From Ostrea edulis (taxonomy: Eukaryota), in NCBI RefSeq assembly GCF_947568905.1, contig NC_079165.1, forward strand, positions 40,734,001 through 40,798,000: a stretch of 64,000 nt of DNA, in the 5' to 3' direction. Each line of letters opens with the position of its first letter. Position 1 is the first letter of the stretch. The notes below the pieces were generated by a model that had not been told where the DNA came from, searched no databases, and saw only the letters and a list, made by a program, of their open reading frames with translations. Below are positions 36,401-48,493 of this stretch, piece by piece. A program made the translations under genes and the position numbers.

Positions 36401-39400
36401 ATATTGAATACTGAAAGATTTGATTGCTAAGTCAGAAGTAATCTGCAAACTCCAAACTTAATTAATTAAACTACTCCATTAAGATGTTTACAAGTTACTA
36501 TTAAGCAGAATCAGGTTAAGAAGATGGTTAAGCATGGTGCACTCAGCACATCACTGTTTTTCTGCATATTGAGGGTACAAGAGTTTAAACATTCTTTGTA
36601 CAAAAAAAATGTGAAATAATAACAGCAACTTTGGTTACACTGTTGAGGTTACATGGACGTACAGTAAGGAATTGACTGAGGTGTGCTGATTGGAGTCTGT
36701 AGCAGGCTTGAAATTTAAATGACTTCACTATGTAAAACATGTAAGAGTTCTGGAAGGTTCGAAAAAGCCAACATCTTTAAAAATGTATGTTCAATTTTAA
36801 CATGGTATATTTAATTTATATGTTTTAACTGTTTGGAGAATTTTCAACAATAGGTAATTTTGGGGAAAGCACATTTTTCCCTTTTTGGTATAGGGCCAAA
36901 TACCAGCCCTCTACAGGTTTGTAAAAAGAAGTCTAGAATGTTGTTGTTTTCTATTTCATATTAAGAACCGAGACTACATACTTTTACATTCTGAGATAGA
37001 AACTGTCTCAGAAATCAGTAGGAAGTTATCATTGATATAGCTGATTATATGTTTTAACTGCAGTGTGCTTCGGTTTGATTTTAGGTATATGCAAATGTAA
37101 ACCAGCGAGTGGATTTACATTTTCAACCAACCAACATGTTTTGTAAACCTGCTTTTGCGGAACGTACGTCAACTTCTAGCCTCTTAATGAAAGTTAAACG
37201 AAGAAGGAGAAAAGGAGAGAATTGGGAGAACTGCCAGTTTCAAGTAGAAGTGCTAGGACGCATTGAAATTATATATAAATTTAATAGTAAGTGTTACAGA
37301 GTTAATTATTTGATTGGCATGCTAATACAGGTACACATCTAATTCTTTTGAAACTGGAAGAGAAAACAAAAAAAATAATTGCATGTTTTCAATGTGTAGC
37401 ATTGATTTGAATTGTATTTAAGCTTAGTGAAAAATTGTATACTACAGGACAGGTTTCAATCAGAAATTGAAAAAGTATGTTAAAACTTAATACATTATAT
37501 TGATTTTATGTACGTAGTAAATCTTGGAGTTATACATGTGCTAACATTTCAGGTATGGCAGACTTTCAGTATCTTCCTGTTGTGAAGGGATCTGATGGCA
37601 AGCAGGAACAGATTCATGATAAAATTGTCTTAACTGGCTTTCAGGATAGAAATGAATTCTTAGACAGGGATGTCCCGATTTTTCTTCCACCTGTTATTTT
37701 CTCAAGGTAAATATTATCTGCCCTTTTAATAAAAACTTCAAAGGAAATTAATGTTATTCACTTAGCTGCAATAATGTAGCCCTCTCCGACTTTTTGTCTC
37801 TCACAAATCCGTGCATCCTTCCATTTGTCCCACTTGACTTTGTGGATGCAACTCCTCTGAAACTGCTCAGCGGATTTTGTTCAAGTTTTGTGTGATTGTT
37901 AGTCACTATATGTAGTTGATCACGTTACGCTGTCAATTTGATTAGACAAATTTTACAGGAGTTATGGGACTTTGTTGAATTTGTACATGCTACACAATTA
38001 TAGGAACACATTGTAGATGCAACTCTTCAAAAACTGCTCAACAGATTGTGTTCAAATTGTAAGTCATCATATGTAGTTGATCATATAATGCCGCCATTTT
38101 GATTCGACAAATTTTACAGGAGTAATGGGACTTTGTTGAATTTGTACATTCTACACCATAGGAATAATAATAATAATAATGTTCGGCATTTATATAATTT
38201 GTAATTACTCTAAGCGCTTTAACAATGTAAAATGTAAAACATGATAAGATTAATCAGAGCATAAAATATAACATCCAAATAAAATAAAACAATTTAAACA
38301 TTACGAGTTCATGCGACAAACCAGCCTTTACTTTAAAAAAGAATATATTACAAAATATGGTTATAAGATTTCCTGAAAAGAAAACTTTTGACAGTGCCAC
38401 ACAAACGGATGTCTATTGGTAAACTGTTCCATAGTGTGGCAGCTGTTACATCAAACCTTCGATCTCCATAGGTCTTTGTACGAACGCGGGGTTTTTCTAG
38501 CAATCGTGAATTGCATGAACGCAGAGATCGTTTTGGTTCATACACAGTGATGAGGTCGCTGATATAGGCCGGTGCCAATCCGTTTAGTGCCTTGTATGTG
38601 TGTAGTAAAATCTTGTATTCAACACGATAGGAACACTTTTTGGACGTAATTCCTCAGAAACTACTCTGCAACAGATTTTGTTCAAATTTTGTAGAATTGT
38701 TAGTTACCATATGCAGTTAATCATATTGCGCCACCATTCTAATTCAACAAATTTTACAGGAGTTATGGGACTTTGTTGAATTTATACATGTTACACTATA
38801 AGAGCACTTCGTGGATGCAACTCCTCAGAAACCGCTTTATGGATTTTGTTCAAATTTTGCAAGATTGTTAGTCACAATATGTAGTTGATCATATTCCACT
38901 GCAAATTTTATTCTACAAATGTTACAGAAGTTATGGGACATTTGTGCTTCAACATTTTTTGTGGCGATGGGGGACATATGACTATGCAAAGTAATCTTGT
39001 TTTAGTCTGATATTTTTGGAAAAGGGTTACAATTCCATAGGATCTTTGTACTTGTGCAAAATATTTTCATGTATAACCTGTAATAAGCTCTGCATATTTG
39101 TCTCCAATTGCAATATTGTTTATATTAAAAAGAGTACAAACTTTGCGCCCAGGCATGTCTAATAAAGGTGTTTTTCATTAAATATCATGTACAACATGCA
39201 AAATTCTCAGGGGTTAAAAATTCTTCAACCCTGAAGTCAGGAACTAGCAAATTCTGTAATCAAACTCGGCAATTAGAAATGCTGGATGTCCTTGAGACTT
39301 GCCTATTATTGTATAAATAATTGATAAACGAAAATAAAAATGACTGCATTTCAGAATAGAACATCTTAACAAGTTAAAGTTCATAACTCTATATTTTTTG

Positions 39401-42400
39401 TTTTCTTGCATGCAGCCCATTGAGATAGATCGCTGAAGACGCCAATTCGAATAAAGAGATTTAAAATCTAAATACTGGTTTTTATCTAGCCATTTAATGA
39501 TGTAACATAAAAACAACAAATTTCTAAATTCAACCTGGACTTGGATATTTTCCTGTGGACTTGGCAAAAATTGCCCCCTCAAGTCCTTGGACTTGAGCAT
39601 GTGAAAAAAACAATTCAACCCCTGATTCTTCGTCTACTCTGCCATGCTTGTTATCGTGAGATCTCATAAATGAATCTTCTGAAAAACCAAACCATTGACA
39701 ATCAGTGCAAAAATGTAGTTGTTCAACATGGACTCAAGCCATTCCAACAAAGAAAAAAACACCCTGCTGTCTGTTTTTTGACTTGATAGCAAATGTTTAT
39801 AATGATCGACAATGTTGCGGGAGTGAATCACTCCTTTGTCTACACCATTACAGAGATCCTAAGGAGTTGTGGCCTTCTCCCCCCCCCCCCCCCCCCCCCT
39901 CCCCAATAAAAAGTTGGATAGAGCTACATTATTGCAGTTATTATTCACCCAACTCAGCATGGCACTAATTTATAATTTTATAGGGCTCACTGATCTTTGA
40001 TAATGCAAATTTTCTGTAAACAGCTAAATAAGAACATGTTCTTTCTTGTTAAACCCCAAAATACTTACTCCTTGAAAATGAAATATCATGAATGTACAAT
40101 AACAACTGTATCTATCTGATCCTGTGATGTCTTTCATTAATAGGTTTGATTGCCCAGATAAGGACTACTTGTACAGAGATGGAGTCATCCATAAACCTGG
40201 TTATGTAGACCCTGACAAGGACAGACCAGCCAACCTCATAGGAACAGGTACGGTAGTGGAAGGACTCTCATAGGAACAGGTACGGTAGTGGAAGGACTCT
40301 CATAGGAACAGGTATGGTAGTGGAAGGACTCTCATAGGAACAGGTACAGTAGTGGAAGGACTCTCATAGGAACAGGTACAGTAGTGGAAGGACTCTCATA
40401 GGAACAGGTACGGTAGTGGAAGGACTCTCATAAGAACAGGTACAGTAGTGGAAGGACTCTCATAGGAACAGGTACGGTGGTGGAAGGACTCTCATAGGTT
40501 GTTTGTTTGTTTTACGTCCTGTCGAGAACTTTTCACTCATATCAAGATGACACCAGCTGTAGGTGAATTACCACAAATTTAGACCTATGTTTAGCACTCA
40601 GGACCATAGCAGATTGTTTTTTTAAAAGCATGCTAAGTGCTAACGCCTACTGTGACATGGGACCTCCGTTTTTAAGGTCATATCTGAAAGACCCGGGATT
40701 CTCACTTGTAAATGCCAAGCGTTTGGCAAAGGAGCAATTACTACCTATTGAGATGTAAGGTTTGACGTGGCCATGACACTAGTGTGGCTCAAACTCACAA
40801 CCTACCAGTTATGAAGCGAATGCACTACTGCTGAGCTATCATGACCTGTGACTCATAGGAACAGGTACGGTAATAAAATGGATCTCCTAGGAACAGGTAC
40901 AGTTATCAAAGGACTCTCATAGGAATAGGTACGGTAATCATAAGACTCATAGGAACAGGTACAGTAATAAAATGGATCTCCTAGGAACAGGTACAGTTAT
41001 CAAAGGACTCTCATAGGAATAGGTACAGTAATCATAAGACTCATAGGAACAGGTACGGTAATCAAAAGACTGAAAATACTGATAATTATATATGCTGTAT
41101 TTGATGCAGATTTTTTAGAAGAAAAAATAATGTATTGATCAATTTTCTGGAGAGTAGATCCTGTGTGAAGAAGTAAGAAATCTAATGATATTCCTTTATT
41201 TAATCTTTTACTATTTGTAATATACTGTATATACTGAAGATTTGATACTCTGTTTTATGTAAGAATAATGAAGGATTAATGCAGACATACTTCAAATACA
41301 TCTACAATATTCACCCTCATATAAGAATTCAATACACTTAGGCCAATTCAACCTGATTAGTAGATTATCATTCAGGGTCACAAAAAATATGGGGCAGGTG
41401 GGAGGATTTTATTTTTTAAATTTTTATTCCCCGAGAAAAAAAAAAAGTAATGACAAAAGACATCACACAAAGTGTTAATCAAGTTAACATTCAAAGAATT
41501 CTTGGTAGAAGATATAAAACCAACATTCTGTGACTATATCATATTCACTCATGTCACTAGGAAGCAGGTTCGTTTGAAATCGTAATTTTTGCGAAAATAG
41601 AAAAAATAGGGGTGGGCCCTTTTTTGAGGGGCAGGTGGGGATGATAATCTATCAATTAATTTTAATTGGCCTTACGTCCACAGTATAAAAACTTGGATAT
41701 CGATGAAGGTGATTGTTAATAAAATACAGTAAACTAAAGTATTTAGCAAGACTTTCCTTTACGCAAGTAAACTTTGCTGTTCTTGGATATGTATTTAATA
41801 CTATATTTATCCATTTAATAATATTAATTCACAAGTTCTAAATACCTGTATATTTAAGTCTGAAAAGAATGCCATGAAAATTTGTTCGTGTTTTGGTGAG
41901 ATGCGCTGAACATGCCTAGTTTGATGCCGCTCAACTTCAGGATTCAATTGTCCTGCTTGAACCACTTATGTGATTGTCCAACTAATTTTGATACCCATTC
42001 GTAAATCGGATCCACTGATGGCATATTTAGACACGAGAAGTGATTATTCTGTTCCATCAAAATAGCAACTATACTTGATACATACATTGCTACATGTAAA
42101 TTACTTCAATATACCTGATGTGGTTAAAATCTATTTCTGTACAGTGAGGGAGAGGAGGAAGGTGTTCACCGTGTTCCTGAACTTCAACGATGAGGTCCCA
42201 GACAAACCTCAGGAGGAGGTGCTGGTCAACCTCAGATTCAAATACAACGAACCAGAACGGGAAACGGAAATGATGAAGGTAGCGTTGTGCATCAGAATCG
42301 GATAACGCTGAATGATACAGCAATATTCATAGCAGACTTGTAGGGACTGTTAAAACATTGAAATAACTTCATAATAAGTATGCTTTTGTCATTCTGAATA

Positions 42401-45400
42401 GTATCATATCCTTGCAACAGAGTTGAGGTTGCAATATAAATGTAGGACATTGCCTGTACATCGGTACTTTCATTTCTTTGTTGAATGACACTATAGGTTC
42501 TAAGGTCATTTTGTAAATAGTGATCAATGTAATCCTGAAGCCTTGTGATTGATCCTTGTGTTCAAGATTAAAACCCCATTATCTTCTATTTATCAAACTT
42601 GCTGGAATGTTTCCTTGCACATTTTGAAGTTTAAATGTTAAAGGTCAAGGTTACTGGAGGGGAAATTTCAAACTGCTCACATAAACGGATGTCCCAATGT
42701 TAAAAATTTTGCTTCCCTTAGATAAATTGAAATAACTTCTTCATAAGAAAGGATTTATTTCCATCAAATTCCATGTTTATAATAGGTATGTAATGTTCCC
42801 AGTTTTTGAAGAATGCCAGTTAGATCAGGGTGTTTGTTTATAGCAATTACTAAACCAGATACTGGTGAAATGAAAGATTTGGCATGATGAATGGATTGTC
42901 ATTTTATGTTTAGTCAGACTGAATGTTCTTTAATCAAACTCTGTTTTGCATTTACAGCTTTTTGAGCAGAGACCTATTTGGTCCAGAATGGCGTTAAACC
43001 ATTTCTACACGGGAAGAAGAGACAAGGTTAAATATCTCTTGCCGATGTTTGCCTGCTACTACCTCAATGGCCCTTGGAGGTGTCTTTGGGTCAGATTTGG
43101 CTATAACCCTCACAAACATCCAGAGGCCAAAATGTACCAGACTGTTGATTATAGGATTAGACAAAGTAAGCAAAATGTACCAGACTGTTGATTATAGGAT
43201 TAGACAAAGTAAGCAAAATGTACCAGACTGTTGATTATAGGATTAGACAAAGTAAGCAAAATGTACCAGACTGTTGATTATAGGATTAGACAAAGTAAGC
43301 TCATGAGACAGAAATACAGTCATTCTGATTGTGTACCAGACTGTTGATTATAGGATTAGACAAAGTAAGCTCATAATTATAGGTTATAGACTTTGTATGG
43401 GAAAATATGACGACTGAGTTTTTTGGCACGTAGCGACAAAAAACGAGGTCGTCATATTTCCCATACAAAGTCTATAACCTTTTTATTATATACTTTCAAT
43501 TTCATTTAGAAAGTAACAATAATCTTATTTTTAACAATAACTTTATCGATTTAACTGAGTAAAAGATGAAAAACACGAAAAATTTGAAAATTAACGGCAT
43601 AGAAATTTGATTGTGATGTAATGTTTGCGGGCCGGAATGTTTCCGGGAATATATCGTGTGATATATGCCCGCAAACTTTTAAAGAAAAAAGAAGATATGA
43701 AATTGAAAGTATATAATAAGACAGAAATATAGTCATTCTGATTGTGTCTGGGTGTGTACTTCATACAGCCTCAGTTTCACTGCAATTTAATTTTCACTGT
43801 TGTGCTGTAAGCCAAAATTTTTGAATTAAAAGTGTGGTCCACATGGCCAAGCCATGTAGCCAGAATCTGTTCGAATAAGCGGGAGTGAATTTGAATTTGT
43901 TTACAGTACATTTAATGTACATGTAGTTTTTTTCATGGCTGGATCCACTCCTTTTGATCTTTGTTGTTCATTCTTATCTTATGATGATGATTATTAATTG
44001 TTATTTCATATCATATGTTTATATGTGCAACACCCCCCACCCCCACCCCCACCCCCCCACCCCCTCTCAGGATACTAAGTGGGGATATGTGGATACTCAT
44101 CCATATGTCCATCCATTTTTTCTTTCCATCGCTGTTATCTTACTAGTGTATGTCTTTGTGAAATTTAGACTTCTGACTGTATACACAATGTACATGCATA
44201 GAAAATGGAAATTGCTGTGATTAGGGGCAGGGTGTTTTCCAATCTACACTTCTTTTTTAAACTGTGACAACAACTTGATTTTAGAACATATTTTCTTTTC
44301 GCTTCTCTACCTTTTGGCTAAGATCAAAGTGTATATTTTCTTTTACTTGTTGTATATCGGTTTATATGGGAGTGGTGAGATTTCTGTAGTTATTAATGTG
44401 CTGGCAACAATATCTGTTTACAGTTTGTATACAGTGGAATCTCTATACTTGTTAAATTTGTTTGTACACCTTACTGATGAATTTTAAACATGTAAAACCT
44501 CAGTAAACAAAGGTACTGCAGATCACATAATTCCATGATCTTGCCTTGCCAAATTTATCAATGAGACAATCTTTTAATACATTCAATTTATTCACAATCA
44601 CATACATAAAAATTATTCAATTGAACTTTATTTCAACCGCTTAAAAGCAGCTTCATGAATTTACACAATGATAATATTTACAACATGTAACAATCAAGAT
44701 TTTCTGCAGTATATCAATTGCCCATATAAAGTTTCTAACTACAAAGTAGTCATCCATCAAATTACTGTGATTAGGTAAAGTTTTAGCAAATTGTAAGCCA
44801 CAGTCAATGTGAATTATTCTGATATTTAGTAGCCATATTCCTACGGATAAAATTTTCCATTCCTTTGTTTGATTCAAAATATATATTGGAGGATAAAGAG
44901 AGGAAATGAGAATTAATTTGGAATATTTTTCAGTTCACGTATTAGTTGACGTCTGAGTTATTTTCCTTCTAGATTCCCTTGAGGAAACAATTGTATGAGT
45001 TATCTGTGTTTCTCTAGCTTCCCCTGGGGACACAGTTGTATAAGTTGCATTTTTTTTCTAGCTTCCCCTGGGGATACAGTTGTATAAGTTGTGTTTTTCT
45101 AGCTTCCCCTGGGGATACAGTTGTATAAGATGTGGCTTTTTTTTCTAGCTTACCCTGGGAACACATTTGTTTCAGTTATCTGTGTTTCTCTAGCTTCCCC
45201 TGGGAACACAGTTTTATAAGTTGTGGTTTTTTCTCTAGCTTCCCTTGGGGACACAGTTGTATAAGTTGCATTTTTTTTCTAGCTTCCCCTTTGGATACAG
45301 TTGTATAAGTTGTGTTTTTCTAGCTTCCCCTGGGGATACAGTTGTATAAGATGTGGCTTTTTTTTCTAGCTTCCCCTGGGAACACATTTGTTTGAGTTAT

Positions 45401-48177
45401 CTGTGTTTCTCTAGCTTCCCCTGGGGACACAGTTGTATAAGTTGTGGGTTTTTTTCCAGCTTCCCCTGGAGACACTGTTGGAGTGGCACTGAAAAGGTCT
45501 CCCAATGTGATAGCTTTTCCTGCAATGAAGAGGAAGAATATAAATGTTGCTAAAATCAATCTTACCAAGGCTCAGTTACCTAGAACTAATGACCCAAAAG
45601 AAGACTCCAAAGTAAGTTACTGTTGTAGTGGGAGTTTTCTTAGATAAGGACAGAAATTGTAAATTGTTATGTGTTAAATGGACTTTGTGGTATACTGTGG
45701 CCTAATTCTGTCCCTTTATTAAAATGCAAAAAATTAAAGGCAGATTATAAATGTTTTCATCAACCTTAGATATTTATCTTATCCTGTCAATACCATGAGA
45801 ATATTTACCATCAATTTTGCTCAGTTTCTTGTAATATGATGCCAGGATTAAAGCATTCATGTTTGTACTGTCATTATTTGACAAAAACATTTTGAGCACT
45901 TGATTTTTTTAAATTCACTTTGAATACTTGGAGTGACTTTGTCAGTCTAATTAAAATCCTAAAATATGTTTACAATCGCTACAATAGGATCTGACATAAC
46001 CCCATAGGGGTAATGTCCACATGACCTTTCGCTTGAAATATTCACGAGAACTATCAGCCAGTCAGATTGCGCCATACAGACAATGATGGCTATTTAGGTG
46101 GTTCCCGGCAATTCGTAAACAAGTTGCAGTAATTTTTCTCCTACGAAGTTATTCCACACTATAAAATTGTGTATTCAAACATGAGGAATTTTAAACTTTC
46201 ACAGTAATGCCTAATCTATTCCGTCCATACAAACAACAAAACGTACGATGTAAAATACACCCGGATTAAATTAATTGTGAATTAATTAACGTGAGAAATA
46301 TAACCCCAGTTGACGTAAATGGTGCATTGTGACATCACATTTAGCTGCGATGTGTTTTCCTTCAAACTAAACAATTGCAGTAATTTTCCTTGAATTGTGA
46401 ACACCGATGATTTCATAGGCGACACGCTGATTGGCTAACTTAAAGTTCACATGAACATGACCCCTGGTCAGGTTATGTCAGATCTAATTACGCAGAGTAT
46501 ACGTCGCAGATCTAAGAAGTCTGATTTTAATTAGATTGTGACTTTGTAAACAAAATTTTTTTTCTACTAATGATCTTTGTTTGATAGATACATATGTACA
46601 AGTTACATTATAAATCTTTTCTTACATTTACTCTACATTCAATAAAAGAAAAGTCATAAGATAATTGCACTTTTTCTAAAAAAAAATTCCAAAATTAAGG
46701 TAAAGCATTGATAACATCATATCTTAGGATTACCAAATTTTTTCTAATAGTTACACATTAGAAAGTTATATGTTTACCTTTTATCAAACTGAAATGAATT
46801 TTGTTTTAAACAAGAAATGTTTGTGGACCCCCCCCCCCCCCCCCCCCCCCCCCCCCACCCACCCTCCTCCTCTTCCAATTGCAGCCATGTTCAATTCTTG
46901 CAAATGTGGCTCTGATGAATTGGTTCGACTTTGTAGTTCACAGAGCGATGCTCTTGACCTTTCAATGTATGAAGTGTAGAGTCCCAATCTATGACCAAGG
47001 TAAGGCTTAGTTGCAGACAGACTGACTAGAAACAATATCAAAATATTGTACTTCATGAAGGTCATTGGTATATGACTGTTAAAGGTCAAGGTCATATTTG
47101 TCAAAATTGACCATGGCCACACTCGGGGATTTATATAGTATACTCATAGTATTTTACAAACACACATTGTTTTAGTTTTGATTATGAATTTGTATTTTGA
47201 AAGATGAAGGAACCATTGCATGTGTACATACCAGAACGGCTACCGCCCTGCAGACAAATGTTTTACCAAATGTGTGACATCCATATGCAAGATATACAGT
47301 CAATTATCAACAGCACCACAGCTTCTGTAAGTAAAACAATATGTACATATATTTGCTGTGTTGGTAGTCGAGGCAGGCTGTAGAATGAAAATTAGGGCCA
47401 AAAAAAAAATAAATACCCAGGCACTGAAATCAGGAAATAATTATCATTAATTTTGGCTTATTTTCTTATACTTTACACTTCATTTTGACCTGGTTTTTAC
47501 ATGCACACACAATAAAAATTGAATTCATTTGAAGATATGAAATTTACTTAGTAATTGCAAGTAGTGCTTCAGTGCGAAACTCTGACAGTGTGATGTAACT
47601 GTCGTCTTAACATCATTTCCTCTATAGTTAGGATTTTTCTATTTAGTTGTGATAGAAATAACTGAGAAATTCAACTTCTTGGGAATTCACGAGCATAAAT
47701 GAAAGAAGGAGATAAATCTTTGAGTCCCGGAGGATTCTGTTTACAGCTACATGTACTGTCACTCCATATTCTTTCATGCTGTGCATGCTTCATAGTCAAA
47801 TTTAGTCCAATGAATTTAAATTTGATTAAATTAAGAAATCTTTTATGCCTCAATTTTCAATACTAAAATGTCTGCTTAAACAAAATTAATGAAATAAGTA
47901 ATGGGGTACTTATGATGAAAGAAATGACAAGAATAAAATGAGCCTGACCTGAGTTTTTATGTTGAGTGTGCACTGTCAACAGAACTATCTGTCTGGTGTA
48001 CGCTCATAAAAATTGTTCAAAGCATTTTGAGGACATTAAACTTGATGATTTAGGTATGCACAGAGAAGGATGGCTGGTGTCGTAAGGGAACAATAGAGAA
48101 GTGCCGCGACATCATGTCCAAAAGGGCACAGGGAATCATGGACAAAAAAGGGGTGTCACTGGCCCATCATATCATTG
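33401..48177 (+). CDS. GTF3C5: General transcription factor IIIC subunit 5 (TFIIIC63); terminal exon not securely found
   Basis: join(33401-33565, 37085-37286, 37553-37706, 40144-40247, 42145-42278, 42958-43165, 45460-45611, 47204-47326, 48054-48177...), GT-AG with phases consistent. Motifs FVCIEYPGVV, TLGG, MADFQYLP, LPPVIFSRFD, LFEQRPIWSR, GPWRCLWVRFGYNP, LPPCRQMFYQMCDI and CTEKDGWC. Confidence 0.93.
33621..34158. mobile_element. MITE in GTF3C5 intron 1
   Basis: TTAGCAGGTTGGGAACAC / GTGTTCCCAACCTGTTTA inverted ends, plus a second inner inverted pair (~33700-33750 and ~34085-34135). Confidence 0.65.
34408..35321. mobile_element. TTAA-flanked non-autonomous DNA transposon (Kolobok-like)
   Basis: TTAA|AGGGACTGATTCACA ... 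CGTGAACCAGTCCCT|TTAA. The superfamily is inferred from the TTAA TSD and purine-start TIR. Confidence 0.75.
37791..39001. mobile_element. HINE with ~170-bp repeats, itself interrupted by an L2 3' fragment
   Basis: Repeated gtggatgcaactcct...ttttacaggagttatgggactttg units. Ends ...GGGGACATATGACTATGCAAAGTAATCTTGTT. Confidence 0.65.
38165..38640 (-). mobile_element. L2-type LINE 3' fragment with (ATT)n tail
   Basis: Minus-strand APAYISDLITVYEPKRSLRS...YGDRRFDVTAATLWNSLP. The tail reads (aat)n on the + strand at 38166-38183. Confidence 0.8.
40235..41070 (+). repeat. 32-bp minisatellite containing the GTF3C5 exon-4 3' end and splice donor
   Basis: Unit CTCATAGGAACAG|GTACGGTAGTGGAAGGACT. Eight homogeneous copies at 40235-40490, then a SINE insertion, then ~7 diverged copies at 40852-41070. 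Confidence 0.92.
40499..40850 (-). mobile_element. tRNA-derived SINE, near full length
   Basis: Minus strand begins with a tRNA-like head (A-box-like TAGCTCAGCAG, B-box-like GTGAGTTTGAGCC) and ends in an (ACAA)n tail. Flanked by CTCATAGG. Homologous copies at ~10735, ~17440, ~52000 and ~62250. Confidence 0.85.
41341..41671. mobile_element. PIF/Harbinger-type MITE
   Basis: TTA|GGCCAATT ... AATTGGCC|TTA, a 3-bp TWA TSD. Confidence 0.75.
43130..43374 (+). repeat. 43-bp tandem repeat containing the GTF3C5 exon-6 3' end and splice donor
   Basis: Unit AAATGTACCAGACTGTTGATTATAGGATTAGACAAA|GTAAGCA. ATG positions at 43132, 43175, 43218 and 43261, plus a fifth copy near 43332. Confidence 0.93.
43375..43718. 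mobile_element. Unclassified double-hairpin insertion (A-A' B-B') without an evident TSD
   Basis: Hairpin 1 spans 43381-43480 (~33-bp arms). Hairpin 2 arms are at 43483-43504 and ~43698-43719. The uninterrupted target is preserved at 43296-43331. Confidence 0.7.
45010..45475 (+). repeat. ~42-45-bp tandem repeat containing the GTF3C5 exon-7 splice acceptor and exon start
   Basis: Unit (T)nCTAG|CTTCCCCTGGGGAYACAGTTGTATAAGTTGTG, about 11 copies. The last copy (TTCCAG|CTTCCCCTGGAGACAC, exon start 45460) is the coding one. Confidence 0.9.
45987..46485. mobile_element. MITE with nested inverted repeats
   Basis: GATCTGACATAACC / GGTTATGTCAGATC ends, plus an inner inverted similarity between cagccagtcagattgcgcc and ggcgacacgctgattggct. 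Confidence 0.65.
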
Positions 48178-48493
48178 GTAAGTTAAATACTATACCTGTA
48201 CTGTTTCCTCTCAGTGGACCAGTGTATCATATCATTTCTGCATGCTACATTTTCTACCATGTCCATGGTCGTAAAATAAGATCTGCAAGATTTTATACCA
48301 GTAATCTAAAAATACACCAAATCAATACATGTGTAACCAGTAGAGTTGCACACAAATAAGATGGGCCTTATACAGGTCCGTGGATTGAATAGAAAACTCG
48401 TGCAACTTTGACCCTGTGTTAAAGAGGATGTTGTCCACAATGAATTAAACATACATAGTAACACCCTGTTACTGATAGATAGAAAGCATTGTA

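Larger units (their letters stand above)
37763..39940. mobile_element. 2.2-kb member of the TAGCTGCAAT-TIR family, carrying nested insertions
   Basis: Same TIR as 16921-17023 at 37763 and 39920-39940. Flanks TTATTCACT and TTATTCACC (8/9 match). Confidence 0.8.

Noticed and set aside
40780-40850. tRNA gene
   Set aside because: The A/B-box-like head is degenerate and continuous with a SINE body and tail seen in several copies, so it is not a standalone tRNA.
45320-45568. Minus-strand ORF with a signal-peptide-like start and SPGEA repeats
   Set aside because: It is the antisense reading of GTF3C5 exon 7 and the acceptor minisatellite, with no independent support.
46826-46870. Poly-C runs giving poly-Pro/Gly ORFs (also ~22376 and ~39878)
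   Set aside because: They are low-complexity homopolymers of unreliable length and carry no coding signal.
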